From positions 10,872 to 74,871 of the IMG/VR virus record IMGVR_UViG_2524023228_000003: a stretch of DNA of 64,000 nucleotides. One strand, written 5' to 3'. This document shows, in pieces, positions 37,884-46,793 of the stretch. The first letter of the stretch is position 1; the number at the start of each line of letters is the position of its first letter. A program made the position numbers and the translations under genes. The notes under the pieces were generated by a model, which had not been told where the DNA came from, searched no databases, and saw only the letters and a program-made list of their open reading frames with translations. The stretch comes from a virus. Lineage: Duplodnaviria > Caudoviricetes.

Positions 37884-39922
37884 CGACGCACCGACATGAT
37901 GGATTGTGACTTGTAAGCATATGTCCCGGTGCCACCCGAGACCTGCCCCCAAAGCGTGAAGGCGATCAGCTGGTCAGTCGCTGTTGCGCTCGTCCAGGCC
38001 GTACTTGCCGGCTTCGCGTAGTTTATGGTGTCAGAATGACCGTACGCCTGGATGCCATAATTGGCCGCGGTCGTGCCGGCCATAAGGTAGGTGATAGACG
38101 CGGCGGCACTGTTCTGGATGGTGCTGGCGACAGAGTGATACCAAGTCTCGTTCGCCCAGAGCAATGCAAAGCAACGGATTGCGGTCTCAATCTCGACAAT
38201 CGTCCCTGACGTTGTGGAGACGGTTGCACTTGAAGACTTGGACAGAGTGACACCAGTGTCGTTGAACCACGACCTGACCTGGCGGGTGTCCGGCTGATCC
38301 CAGAAGTAGGCGGCACCACCCGTCTGCACCATGCCGACGAGGGAGTAGGCGTCACCTGCTCCCGACATCACTTCCACGCCCACGTTGCCGGCGGTCGTGC
38401 TCGTGACGTGGCCGGTCCCGGCCTTGTCCAGGATGAGGTTGCCGCCAGAGATGGTCGCGTAGATGTAGTATTTCGTGCCGAACGAGAAGCCAAAGCTGCT
38501 GAGCGTGACGCCAGCGGCCGGGATCTCGTAATACTGTCCTGCAATTTTGATCAAGTTGCCATTGAACGGGATCAGCTTGAGCGTATTCGCATCGACCATG
38601 ATCAGCTTGCACTGACCAGCAGCTCCTCCGACCACCATGTCGGCCCAACCGACCCCGTTGAAGACTCGCGTCTTCTTGCTGGCGGTATTGAAGTAGAAGT
38701 CGCCAGCGGTTGGGGCGGCGCCGGTCGGATCCAACGCCGGATCGCTCGTCAGGCCACCGTAGTAGAGGCCGCGCAGGTTGTTGTACGCAGTTTGCGCGTT
38801 CGTTGCGCTTGTCGCAGCAGCCGATGCACTGTTCGACGCATTGGTGGCCGAAGTGGCTGCGTTGGTCTCGCTCGTTCCGGCATTGGTTCGGGACGTCGCC
38901 GCAGCTGTGGCCGAGGCAGCCGCGTTGGTCTCGCTCGTTGCTGCGTTGTTTTTGGACGTCAGCGCAGCGGAGGCGCTGCCGGCCGCGTTGGTTGCAGAAG
39001 TCGACGCAGCGGACGAGCTGGTGCTGGCGCTGGTTGCGCTGGCAGCAGCATTGACCTCGCTCGTGTGAGCATTCGCTGCCGAGGTATCGGCCGCAGTCTT
39101 GGAGGCTGCCGCATTTGTTGACGACGTTGCTGCAGCTCCAGCGCTCACCGCAGCGCTTGTCGCGCTGGTCGCAGCGTTGGACTCGTGGGTCTGCGCGCTG
39201 TCACGATATGATCGTGCGTCAGATGCGCTCGCAGATGCGTCGGTCGCATATCCTGCGGCTGCGGTCTCAGACGCTGCGGCGTTGGTCGCGCCCAACTCAG
39301 CGCGGTCTGCATAGGTCGGACTCCCTGAGTCGCCCTGGTCTCCCTTGTCGCCCTTGTCGCCTTTCTCGCCGACCTGGCCGCGGATGCCCTGAGGCCCCTG
39401 CACGCCTTGATCGCCCTTGTCGCCCTTGAACTGTCCCAGGTCGTGCCAAGTACCGTCGATGAACCCCCAGCCGTGGCCAGTGTCCAGAGTGACGAAAAGG
39501 TCTCCGTCGTCGGATGACAGCGGAAGGTCATCGAACGTCGCGACCACGCCGTTCAGCGCGATACCGCGCCCCTGGTCGCCCTTGTCACCCTGGTCACCCT
39601 TCAGGCCGCAAGATCCGGTGGCACCCTGGCTGCCGGCATCACCCTTGGCGCCCTTGATGCTCGGAAACAGGGACAGAAACTTGGTCAGAGACACAGGGAT
39701 CGTCCGCGTGCCGACCGTGATGTCGATCGTGACGTCGTCCTCATTGGGACTACCCGGATCTTCACCGACCGGCGCCTGCGTCGAGGCCAGTGCGATCTGC
39801 TTGCTCATCAAGAGGTACTTCGCACCGACGTCCGTGAGCGACAGGATCGTGTTCAGTGCGTAGAAGTCTTCCCCGATATGGATTCCACTCGGGACGATGA
39901 CCCGATATCGCTGCGTGCTCAT
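37880..39922 (-). CDS. Collagen-like fibre protein
   Basis: GXY repeats (GDKGDQG), long Ala/Ser/Thr shaft, GDFYFNT motif; true start MSTQRY. Confidence 0.8.
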   Translation of the reverse strand: MSTQRYRVIVPSGIHIGEDFYALNTILSLTDVGAKYLLMSKQIALASTQAPVGEDPGSPNEDDVTIDITVGTRTIPVSLTKFLSLFPSIKGAKGDAGSQGATGSCGLKGDQGDKGDQGRGIALNGVVATFDDLPLSSDDGDLFVTLDTGHGWGFIDGTWHDLGQFKGDKGDQGVQGPQGIRGQVGEKGDKGDKGDQGDSGSPTYADRAELGATNAAASETAAAGYATDASASASDARSYRDSAQTHESNAATSATSAAVSAGAAATSSTNAAASKTAADTSAANAHTSEVNAAASATSASTSSSAASTSATNAAGSASAALTSKNNAATSETNAAASATAAATSRTNAGTSETNAATSATNASNSASAAATSATNAQTAYNNLRGLYYGGLTSDPALDPTGAAPTAGDFYFNTASKKTRVFNGVGWADMVVGGAAGQCKLIMVDANTLKLIPFNGNLIKIAGQYYEIPAAGVTLSSFGFSFGTKYYIYATISGGNLILDKAGTGHVTSTTAGNVGVEVMSGAGDAYSLVGMVQTGGAAYFWDQPDTRQVRSWFNDTGVTLSKSSSATVSTTSGTIVEIETAIRCFALLWANETWYHSVASTIQNSAAASITYLMAGTTAANYGIQAYGHSDTINYAKPASTAWTSATATDQLIAFTLWGQVSGGTGTYAYKSQSIMSVRR

Positions 39923-39937
39923 GTTCTTCTTTTTGTT

Positions 39938-40010
39938 TGGCACCGGTGGCTGGAGTCGAACCAGCGGACTTCGGTTTTGGAGACCGTGCCACCACCACTG
40001 GCTCACCGAT
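39938..40010 (-). tRNA. tRNA-Trp(CCA), atypical D arm
   Basis: CGGT-CTCCAAA-ACCG anticodon arm, GCTGG-TTCGACT-CCAGC, acceptor ATCGGTG/CACCGGT, G-CCA. Confidence 0.75.
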
Positions 40011-40023
40011 GCATGATTGAGGT

Positions 40024-40093
40024 GGCTGCCAGGAGGCTTCGAACCCCCGCCTGCGCCTTGCGGCGCCGTCCTTGTCCTCTAAACGATGGCAGC
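40024..40093 (-). ncRNA. tRNA-like RNA with anticodon loop reduced to a GCAA tetraloop
   Basis: Perfect acceptor GCTGCCA/TGGCAGC, Glu-like D arm, GCGCC-GCAA-GGCGC, GGGGG-TTCGAAG-CCTCC; no encoded CCA. Confidence 0.65.
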
Positions 40094-40100
40094 GAATTAG

Positions 40101-40176
40101 GCCGAGCGTTACCGGGGCGCAGGCCCAACGCTCGGGAGATTTCCTGCGCCTCTCTCGCTTCACGCGAGCGCTCGGC
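40101..40176 (-). ncRNA. Candidate three-way-junction RNA upstream of the tRNA pair
   Basis: GCCGAGCG/CGCTCGGC, CTCGC/GCGAG and GGCGCAGG/CCTGCGCC stems. Confidence 0.35.
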
Positions 40177-40206
40177 TGGACGCATGGCTCCAATTACCAG
40201 CCACCC

Positions 40207-40515
40207 CTATGTCATTAGGTGACGTTCGGCTGGACCGAGATAGGCGCACCAACCGCATCGCGTTTCGACGAAACCGTCGATCCTCCTCAGAGGCCGCTTT
40301 GCGGAATTACGGGCACGAATAGCTCTGGCTTTGTTCGACCCGCACTTCGGGCCACCTCCCCTCGCGGGGTTTGCGTAGATGACATCCTCGTCCGGGATGA
40401 GCGCCTCGCTGACCATCTTGGCTTCGAAGCGCCTGATGAGCTTCTGGCGATCGATGCCAAGGCAGTAGCTGCACTTGCACCGATAGCGCCCTCGCGCCCG
40501 GCGGCCCATGGTCAA
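40207..40515 (-). CDS. Basic Cys-containing hypothetical protein
   Basis: CKCSYC and CGWC motifs. Confidence 0.5.
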   Translation of the reverse strand: MTMGRRARGRYRCKCSYCLGIDRQKLIRRFEAKMVSEALIPDEDVIYANPARGGGPKCGSNKARAIRARNSAKRPLRRIDGFVETRCGWCAYLGPAERHLMT

Positions 40516-40631
40516 ATGATCGAGAGCACTGCCTTGAGAACGACCACCGCGAGGATGGCGTTCACCGTCGCGGCCGGATGGGCAGCGACCCAGTCGACGG
40601 CATAGCCGTAGACAGCTTTGACTTTGTCCAT
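40512..40631 (-). CDS. 39-aa membrane peptide
   Basis: MDKVKAVYGYAVDWVAAHPAATVNAILAVVVLKAVLSII, AGGA RBS. Confidence 0.5.
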   Translation of the reverse strand: MDKVKAVYGYAVDWVAAHPAATVNAILAVVVLKAVLSII

Positions 40632-40748
40632 TGTGGATTTCCTGTTGGAGGGGCCGGCGGAGAGGAAAGGAGGAAAACTCTCCGCCGGCATCCGGGGCTT
40701 AGCAGCAGTCGACGATTTGCTCGCCGCTCCCTGTTCTGCGCTCCGGGA

Positions 40749-43067
40749 TTACGGGTTCGGGTTGTAGGGGTTAGCGCCCGTTCCGGTTTCGACCTGAGCA
40801 TTCGCCAGGAGGCGCGTGTTCGATACCAATCCGGCGTAGCTTGCCGCCCGCGTCATGGTGCCAGAGTTGGCGCCGAAGATCGCGACAGGCGTTGACGTCG
40901 ATCCGGTCGCGGTTGCGGTCACGCTGATGCGGTACCAGCCGTTGCCGAGAGACACGATATTCGCCGTTGCAGCCGAGCCCACCGTCGCCTTGACGCCGTT
41001 CTGGATGTCGAAGTTCGCATAGGCCAACGAGCCAAATGCGGCGCCGCCAAACAGCAACTGGATGAACTGAGCGCTCTCGAACCTGGCGGAGATGGCGAAC
41101 GTATAGGCGGTGCCGGCGACGAACGCGATGTTCGCTGACGTCAGGCTGTGCGCCAGAGTCTGCGCCTGCTCCAACATCCGATCCGCAGTGACTGTGCCAG
41201 TTGCAGGCTCGGCCGCGACGTTCGCGCTCACGGTTGCCGAGGCGCCCGCCCACTGATCGAACGAGTTCGACTTGGTGACGAGGTTGGTCGCAACCTTTGC
41301 CGCTACCGCCGAGATGGCGGAGACCGGTCCGAGATAGTTGGTCGTCGTGACGCGGACGGTGATGTCGGCGCCAACGTCACCAGCCAAAACGGTATATGTC
41401 GACGAGGTCGCCCCAGCGATATCCACGCCGTTCTTCGCCCACTGATAGGCGAATTTCATCGGCGTATCGCCAGTCCACGATCCAACAGACGCCGTCAGGA
41501 CGTTGCCTGCAGCAACCGAGGAGCCGGCGATTACAGGCTGCGAGACGACTGTCGGCAGCGCGCCTGGCGCCACATAGGATCGCGATGCGCCCTGGATCTT
41601 GGTGGTGTAGCCGATGTCTGAGGCGGCCGGGTTCGTGCTGAAGTCGTAATAGTGGTAGGCGCCGCTCAGCCACAGGACCGAATACTTGGCCGACCTGTTG
41701 ACCGGAACGACCGGTCGGACGTTCTCGCCGGCCAGGTCGCTGACACGCGCCCGGGTCCAGCTCAGACCCTTGTCCTTGGTCTGGTAGCGGTAGAGCTGCG
41801 AATAGCTCGCGGTGCCGACCGAGATGTAGAGGACCCCCTCTTCGGTCGTATCGAAGAAAGCGCCGGGGCTGTAGTAGCCCTCGGCCGCGCCCTGCCCGTC
41901 CGTGATCTGCGTCGAGCGAGTGTCGGGCAGCCCCATACCGAAGCCGGCGTCGACCTCGCGCTTGGTCCAGCTCACGCCGTCCCAACGTGCGTAATAGCAG
42001 CGATGATCCTGGGTGCTGACAAAACGCCAGAACACGCCCTCGACCACGCCTGACGCTCGACGCTGGACGTGAGAAACCCACATGTCGCCGAGATTGTCCG
42101 GAGCGCCGCTGGTTGCCACGGGCGTGAACCCGGTGAACCCGATCATGGTCGAGCCGTCACCCAGCGCCGTGCCGTTCGATCCGCGCCACTGGCCGTTCTG
42201 CCAGTACACGTGGCGGACGTCGGTCTTTGCCCCCGCCTGCGCGCCGACTGCGTCCGTGCAGAGGATGTCGATGCGGTCGACGTTGTTCGAGGTGACCTTG
42301 TGGTAGATGCCCTGCGTGCCCGTGCTCTGTGCCAGGCGCTTCTCAGCGGTCCAGGTCGGCGTTGCGCCGATCGTCCCGCCATCCACAGTCGGCGGCGCCA
42401 CGGTCGCGATATCGGCCGAGGTCACATACGACAACGGACCGGAACTCGTGCCATTGCGGTAGAACAGGTAGAGCTTGTTGCCTTCGCCGGACAGGATGAC
42501 CGGCGACGGATACGTCGGCTGGGCCGCGGTGTTGCCGAGGTTGTATTCCTGCGACCAGCCCTGCGCCATCGTGCCGACGCCGACCGAGATGCGGAAATAA
42601 ATCGGAGCGGCAACGCGATGCGGCGCGTAGAAGGCGATCAGTCGTCCATCGGGACGCACCACGATCGTTGGATAGTCATGGTCGTCGGCCCACCAGGCAG
42701 CGATCGTGCTGGACTGCATGACCTTGCTCGTGATCACGCCGGTCGCTTCGTCGATCTCGTACAGCGTGGTGCGTCCGGTGCTCACGGAGTTGCCGTCCGA
42801 GCCGGTCGTTCCGAAGAACGTCTTGCCGCCAACGGCCAGAGCGCGGGGTTCGTGAAACCAGCACCAGGCGTCCGCGGCGCCCGCCGCCAGCTTTGAGAGC
42901 GAGAGCGGAGCCATGAGCGGCGGCGCGGCGATCGCGTTGCGGTCGGCACGTCGCTCTTGATTGTGCTCGTGCAGCCGAATTGCGGCCAGAGTGGCGCGCG
43001 AGATCGAGCGTCCCCCGCCAGGGCGGCGCGGCGACTTCGCGATTTTGATTCTACTCATTCGGTCCAT
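40749..43067 (-). CDS. BNR-repeat beta-propeller + Ig-like + head-spike-fibre-type domain protein
   Basis: AWCWF.EPRA..DDHDYP, TKDKGLSW Asp-box, YQWAKNG..I.GATSSTY Ig-like repeat, NL..SNSF..NFDI.NG..GNGWYRIS..AQVE. Confidence 0.65.
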   Translation of the reverse strand: MDRMSRIKIAKSPRRPGGGRSISRATLAAIRLHEHNQERRADRNAIAAPPLMAPLSLSKLAAGAADAWCWFHEPRALAVGGKTFFGTTGSDGNSVSTGRTTLYEIDEATGVITSKVMQSSTIAAWWADDHDYPTIVVRPDGRLIAFYAPHRVAAPIYFRISVGVGTMAQGWSQEYNLGNTAAQPTYPSPVILSGEGNKLYLFYRNGTSSGPLSYVTSADIATVAPPTVDGGTIGATPTWTAEKRLAQSTGTQGIYHKVTSNNVDRIDILCTDAVGAQAGAKTDVRHVYWQNGQWRGSNGTALGDGSTMIGFTGFTPVATSGAPDNLGDMWVSHVQRRASGVVEGVFWRFVSTQDHRCYYARWDGVSWTKREVDAGFGMGLPDTRSTQITDGQGAAEGYYSPGAFFDTTEEGVLYISVGTASYSQLYRYQTKDKGLSWTRARVSDLAGENVRPVVPVNRSAKYSVLWLSGAYHYYDFSTNPAASDIGYTTKIQGASRSYVAPGALPTVVSQPVIAGSSVAAGNVLTASVGSWTGDTPMKFAYQWAKNGVDIAGATSSTYTVLAGDVGADITVRVTTTNYLGPVSAISAVAAKVATNLVTKSNSFDQWAGASATVSANVAAEPATGTVTADRMLEQAQTLAHSLTSANIAFVAGTAYTFAISARFESAQFIQLLFGGAAFGSLAYANFDIQNGVKATVGSAATANIVSLGNGWYRISVTATATGSTSTPVAIFGANSGTMTRAASYAGLVSNTRLLANAQVETGTGANPYNPNP

Positions 43068-43108
43068 CTGTTTTTTTTGGTTCTTGCTGGGCCGATCAGA
43101 GACGAGCG

Positions 43109-43372
43109 TCAGGAGACGTGCTCTTGCGGGAGCCGCCAGTTCGCTGGAACGGTCGTCACCGTCAGGCAGAGGTTGGGGACAAGCGTCTCCAGCACCCAGT
43201 CGCAGTGCGACCGCTCCACGCCCTCGCTGGGGCGGACGAGCTTGGCGTGTCCGAAGAGCTTCTTGATTGGTTGCCCGTAAATGACGGGCTCCCATTCATG
43301 CGGGTTCAGTTTCAGCCAGGCGATCATCGCCTCGGCTTGCCGCTTGGTGGCGGCTACCATTGCGTTCAGCAT
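43109..43372 (-). CDS. Phage hypothetical protein
   Basis: ORF in operon. Confidence 0.5.
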   Translation of the reverse strand: MLNAMVAATKRQAEAMIAWLKLNPHEWEPVIYGQPIKKLFGHAKLVRPSEGVERSHCDWVLETLVPNLCLTVTTVPANWRLPQEHVS

Positions 43373-43374
43373 GG

Positions 43375-43728
43375 TCAGGCTTTCTGCGCGATAGCCCGAT
43401 CAATCCATGCGTAGATCTCCGGGTTGTCCCGGCGAGCCATGATCATGACGGGCGTCAGTCGGTTCACGACCGTCTCTTCAGCGGCTCGTGACTTGAGCGC
43501 AGCGGCGTGCCAACAGGCGTGGTTGATCTCGTGCTCAAGAGTCTCTGCGAACCCGCTGTCAGGCAGGTCGTTGCGCACGTAGATGATGAAGTTGAAACGG
43601 TCGCAGAGACCGAGGCAGTCCTTTTCGTCGGCCTCAGCTGGATCCCAGTGGACGAGCTGATATTCGTAGATGCCGACCTTGATGATCGCCGGAAGTTGCC
43701 GCCGATCCGGGAGTCTCCTTCGGGTCAC
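43375..43728 (-). CDS. Small HExxH protein
   Basis: TLEHEINHA; GTG start overlaps the upstream corrected TGA. Confidence 0.6.
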   Translation of the reverse strand: MTRRRLPDRRQLPAIIKVGIYEYQLVHWDPAEADEKDCLGLCDRFNFIIYVRNDLPDSGFAETLEHEINHACWHAAALKSRAAEETVVNRLTPVMIMARRDNPEIYAWIDRAIAQKA

Positions 43729-44206
43729 GAAAGGTCTCCCGGCCCGCAGTATCGGATGCCCAGCTTGTGCAGCTGGCGCGGCCCGAGTAAACGATCTGCG
43801 GATGAGCGATTTCGGCATTGTCCCCGTTCCAGCCGATGCGCTTCAGAAGCGACCGAACCTTCCCCGGGTAGAGGTTCCACATCATCGCTGAGAACTCTTC
43901 AGCGTGGGTGTACTTGACGGTGCCGTCAGGCTCCGTCTCGCGCAGGGATGCCGTGTGAAAGCCGAGACTTGCATTCGGCGTGATGCAGTAGTTCTGCTTC
44001 GGCACGAGGCCGAGGAAGATCGTGCAGGAGGAGACACACTCCCCGTCGACAACGATGCGCTCGCCGCTGTCACGGATGTCGGAGTACTTCTTGATGAAGT
44101 CTACGATGATCCCGCCGGGGTCGCCTTTGATGATCAGCGCGTGTGATGGCGACACAGCAGCGATCATCACCAGGCCCGCAAGGGCCAGTGCTTTGAGAGC
44201 CTTCAT
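43725..44206 (-). pseudogene. Secreted rhizobial-type protein with 1-bp frameshift (~43790)
   Basis: Signal peptide; DPGG..VVDGECVSSCT..LGFH; the corrected tail YLGPRQLHKLGIRYCGPGDLS* ends on the next GTG. Confidence 0.6.
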
Positions 44207-44425
44207 TTTTCGTGCTCGGTATTTTTGGGAGCCGGCTGGTCGTCAGCTGAAAAGGTGCGCCATTGAACAGAGGAAGATGACGATCAGCAGCGGCGCCAGG
44301 ATGATCAGGTCAAAGGTTCTTGGGCCCTTCAAGGCGCACCTCGGACGGGTTCAAATCGAAAGCCCGCTCGATGGACGCCTGCCAGATCGCGTAGGTGAAG
44401 ATGATGAAGCAGAACGGAAACGGCA

Positions 44426-44572
44426 TCAGTCCTCGTCGTCCTCGTAGATCATGGCGTCCCAGCGCGAGAAGATGTCTTGCGCGAGATCGACGACGAGGTT
44501 CTCGATGGTGTTGGAGATGATTGCCGCGGCGGCGACGATGCCTACCGCGAGGATGATGGCTTCCCAGATCAC
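44426..44572 (-). CDS. Small membrane protein
   Basis: GTGA overlap with the upstream stop; one TM segment. Confidence 0.45.
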   Translation of the reverse strand: MIWEAIILAVGIVAAAAIISNTIENLVVDLAQDIFSRWDAMIYEDDED

Positions 44573-44766
44573 GGCCAGAAGCCCAGCCAGATGCCCCAAC
44601 CGTGGATGACGCCGACCGGCCAGGCGACGAAGCCTATGACGGCCAGAGCGGTGCGACCGTCCTTGATGGTGGTCACGAGCGCCGTGGTCCAGGCACTGGC
44701 CGCGACGCACAGGCACAGGATGTACCAGAGGAGGTACTTTTTAATTTGGTCGAGATCCATCTTCAT
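44569..44766 (-). CDS. Small two-TM protein
   Basis: ATGA overlap; hydrophobic, ends HGWGIWLG. Confidence 0.55.
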   Translation of the reverse strand: MKMDLDQIKKYLLWYILCLCVAASAWTTALVTTIKDGRTALAVIGFVAWPVGVIHGWGIWLGFWP

Positions 44767-45299
44767 TTGGCGGTCCATACGATCTTGGTGCCGAAGCCGC
44801 CGCTCGCCGGCCGCCAGCCCATGTAGAACTCGAGTTTTCCGTTCCAGTAGCTGATGAACGGCAGGAGGCCGCTCGCCTTGAGCAGCGAGATCGGCAAGAT
44901 CACTGCGAAGGCCGGATACACGCTCCATGCGAGCCAAGCCGCGATCGCCGAGACGATGGCTGCGCCGACGCTGAAGCCAGGATCGAGCAGCGCCCAGCGG
45001 AAGCCGAATGCTTCCGGCGTGCAGTCTCGGCCGGTGGTCCGCAGCACCTGGTCGGAGCCGTAGACCAAGTAGTTCTTGTCCTCGACGCCGAGCACATAGC
45101 CGACGACGTTCATCAGCGGGTTGCGGCAGATGAACCAGTAGAAGCGTCGGAGCCAGACGTTGGTGACCTCCGGCAGGTACGGCTCACCGTTGTTCACGGC
45201 CGGCACGTTCCAGCCGTCGTCTCCGACCAGCCACCAGAGCGGATTGAACTTTTGCCAGATCGAAACTGGCTTGTGGTCGACGACCTGAGCGACGTCCAT
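44763..45299 (-). CDS. Trp-rich membrane-associated phage protein
   Basis: Start MDVAQVV, GGA RBS. Confidence 0.6.
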   Translation of the reverse strand: MDVAQVVDHKPVSIWQKFNPLWWLVGDDGWNVPAVNNGEPYLPEVTNVWLRRFYWFICRNPLMNVVGYVLGVEDKNYLVYGSDQVLRTTGRDCTPEAFGFRWALLDPGFSVGAAIVSAIAAWLAWSVYPAFAVILPISLLKASGLLPFISYWNGKLEFYMGWRPASGGFGTKIVWTAK

Positions 45300-45310
45300 G
45301 TGCTTTCCTT

Positions 45311-45592
45311 TCAGAGGATCTTGAAGACGCTGTCGGGGAACGTCGCCATTCGCCAGTTCTCGACGAACAATTCGAACTCGATCGCCTCTGCCGGCGAGAG
45401 GCTCCAGTGCGGGCGCACCATGACGATGCGCTGCCAGCCCTTGCCGGGCAGGCGCTGGCCTATCCCGAGGCACGCCCACATGTTCGCGTCGAGCTGAAAG
45501 GCGTCGCGATACTGGATAGCGACATCACGGCTGTAGGCGACGATGACGTGCGGTTTCGCCCGCTCGACGGGCACGTAGTCGTACTCACCCAT
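45311..45592 (-). CDS. Phage hypothetical protein
   Basis: AAGGA RBS just after tRNA-Gly. Confidence 0.55.
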   Translation of the reverse strand: MGEYDYVPVERAKPHVIVAYSRDVAIQYRDAFQLDANMWACLGIGQRLPGKGWQRIVMVRPHWSLSPAEAIEFELFVENWRMATFPDSVFKIL

Positions 45593-45606
45593 GTTCGATT
45601 TCCTTT

Positions 45607-45681
45607 TGGAGCGAGGGGTGGGACTCGAACCCACAACCACCTGTTTGGAAGACAGGCGCTCTACCGTTGAGCTACCCCAGC
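45607..45681 (-). tRNA. tRNA-Gly(TCC)
   Basis: GCTC/GAGC D arm, CCTGT-CTTCCAA-ACAGG, GTGGG-TTCGAGT-CCCAC, T73-CCA. Confidence 0.92.
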
Positions 45682-45685
45682 AATT

Positions 45686-45943
45686 TCAGCGACGAGTTTT
45701 CGGCGGGAGCCATGGCTCCGCGAACACACCCTTCTCCATCGCGACAGCCTGCACGGCGCGGCGAACCTCGTCGATATGGCCTTCCTTGATTGCCATGACG
45801 GGTGTCGCGCCGCCGAGCAGGTCGTTGCTTCGCGACATGAAGAACGATGCCTCGGCCACACCAACGAGCGGGTCGAGGATTTTCATCAGCTCGAAGGCGA
45901 TCATGGCCTTCGGGCTGGTCGAAATCGGATCAGCCTTGGTCAT
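45686..45943 (-). CDS. Stand-alone Xre/MbcA/ParS toxin-binding (DUF2384)-like domain
   Basis: FFMSRSNDLLGGATPVMAI..G..DEV resembles WL..PN..LGG.TP..L. Confidence 0.5.
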   Translation of the reverse strand: MTKADPISTSPKAMIAFELMKILDPLVGVAEASFFMSRSNDLLGGATPVMAIKEGHIDEVRRAVQAVAMEKGVFAEPWLPPKTRR

Positions 45944-46361
45944 GGCTCAGCACCATCACGCGACCGCCGGTACCGGGGTCGAAATGCATGGCGGCCTGCA
46001 CGGCCTCCTTTGCGGTTGCACCGGTCCAGAAGGCGCCAAGCGCGAACTCCTTGCCGGAGCCGAAGGAGAAGTACGGCGCCCGAAACTCGACAGTGCCGCC
46101 CGGCTCGAAATATTTGATCGGCCCTGGCTTCTTGACGATCACGCCTTTGTCTCCGTCTTCGACGATCGGAGGATCACCCTCCTCGCCGCCCAAGAACCAG
46201 CGGTGGAAGGCCTGCACCCAAGCGCAATCTCCTGCACCGCCGCACAGCGCGCCGTCGTCACGCCGGACGATCTTGACAACGTTCTCCGCGATGATGGCCG
46301 TTCCCTGGATCATCCGCGTGTCCGCGGCCAGGATGCCGGCCCTGTAGGCGATCGTGGTCAT
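45930..46361 (-). CDS. Ntn-hydrolase / HslV-like phage protein
   Basis: MTTIAY..LAAD.R..GSG..ALGA..GA.A.EAV.AA..D..TGG. Confidence 0.65.
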   Translation of the reverse strand: MTTIAYRAGILAADTRMIQGTAIIAENVVKIVRRDDGALCGGAGDCAWVQAFHRWFLGGEEGDPPIVEDGDKGVIVKKPGPIKYFEPGGTVEFRAPYFSFGSGKEFALGAFWTGATAKEAVQAAMHFDPGTGGRVMVLSHDQG

Positions 46362-46549
46362 GCGGCATCCCTCTCGAAGATGATGAAGTCGATCTCCCGC
46401 TCGATCTCATCGAGGTAGAAGTCGATCAGGCGCTTGGTGAGCCGTGTCTGTCGCAACCGGCTCTGGCAGCGGACGATGTTTCCGCGCCGCCAGCTCTGCG
46501 AATACATCCGCGATGCGGCGTGCGCCGCGCTGAACAGCTGCTCCATCAG
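46358..46549 (-). CDS. Phage hypothetical protein
   Basis: TGATG coupling with the upstream gene. Confidence 0.5.
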   Translation of the reverse strand: MMEQLFSAAHAASRMYSQSWRRGNIVRCQSRLRQTRLTKRLIDFYLDEIEREIDFIIFERDAA

Positions 46550-46793
46550 ATCGGGACCTCGTAGATAATCTTGGCAATGGCCATGTGCGCGAACCGCGGC
46601 CACTCCTCCTCGGTGAGGCCATGGAAGCGGGCGAGCGCCCGGGCATGATGGACGTACATCGGCGTCTGCAGGAACTCGGCCATCTCGGCCGAGATGCCGC
46701 TGTCGCGTGGCGACTTAGCCACTCGTTCCAGACACTGGTGAGAAAGCCGACGCCGATCAGGATCAGGATGACACCGATCGCATTCGTCATCAT
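46546..46793 (-). pseudogene. Single-TM protein with 1-bp frameshift (~46718)
   Basis: MTNAIGVIL..WNEWL | KSPRDSGIS..YEVPI* joins two track ORFs. Confidence 0.5.

Noticed and set aside
39923-40006. N-terminal extension MSQWWWHG of the collagen ORF
   Set aside because: It is a read-through of the tRNA-Trp gene; the true start is 39922.
29780-45681. tRNA genes as prophage att sites
   Set aside because: They are embedded within phage operons, with no duplicated 3' tRNA fragment or integrase seen in the window.
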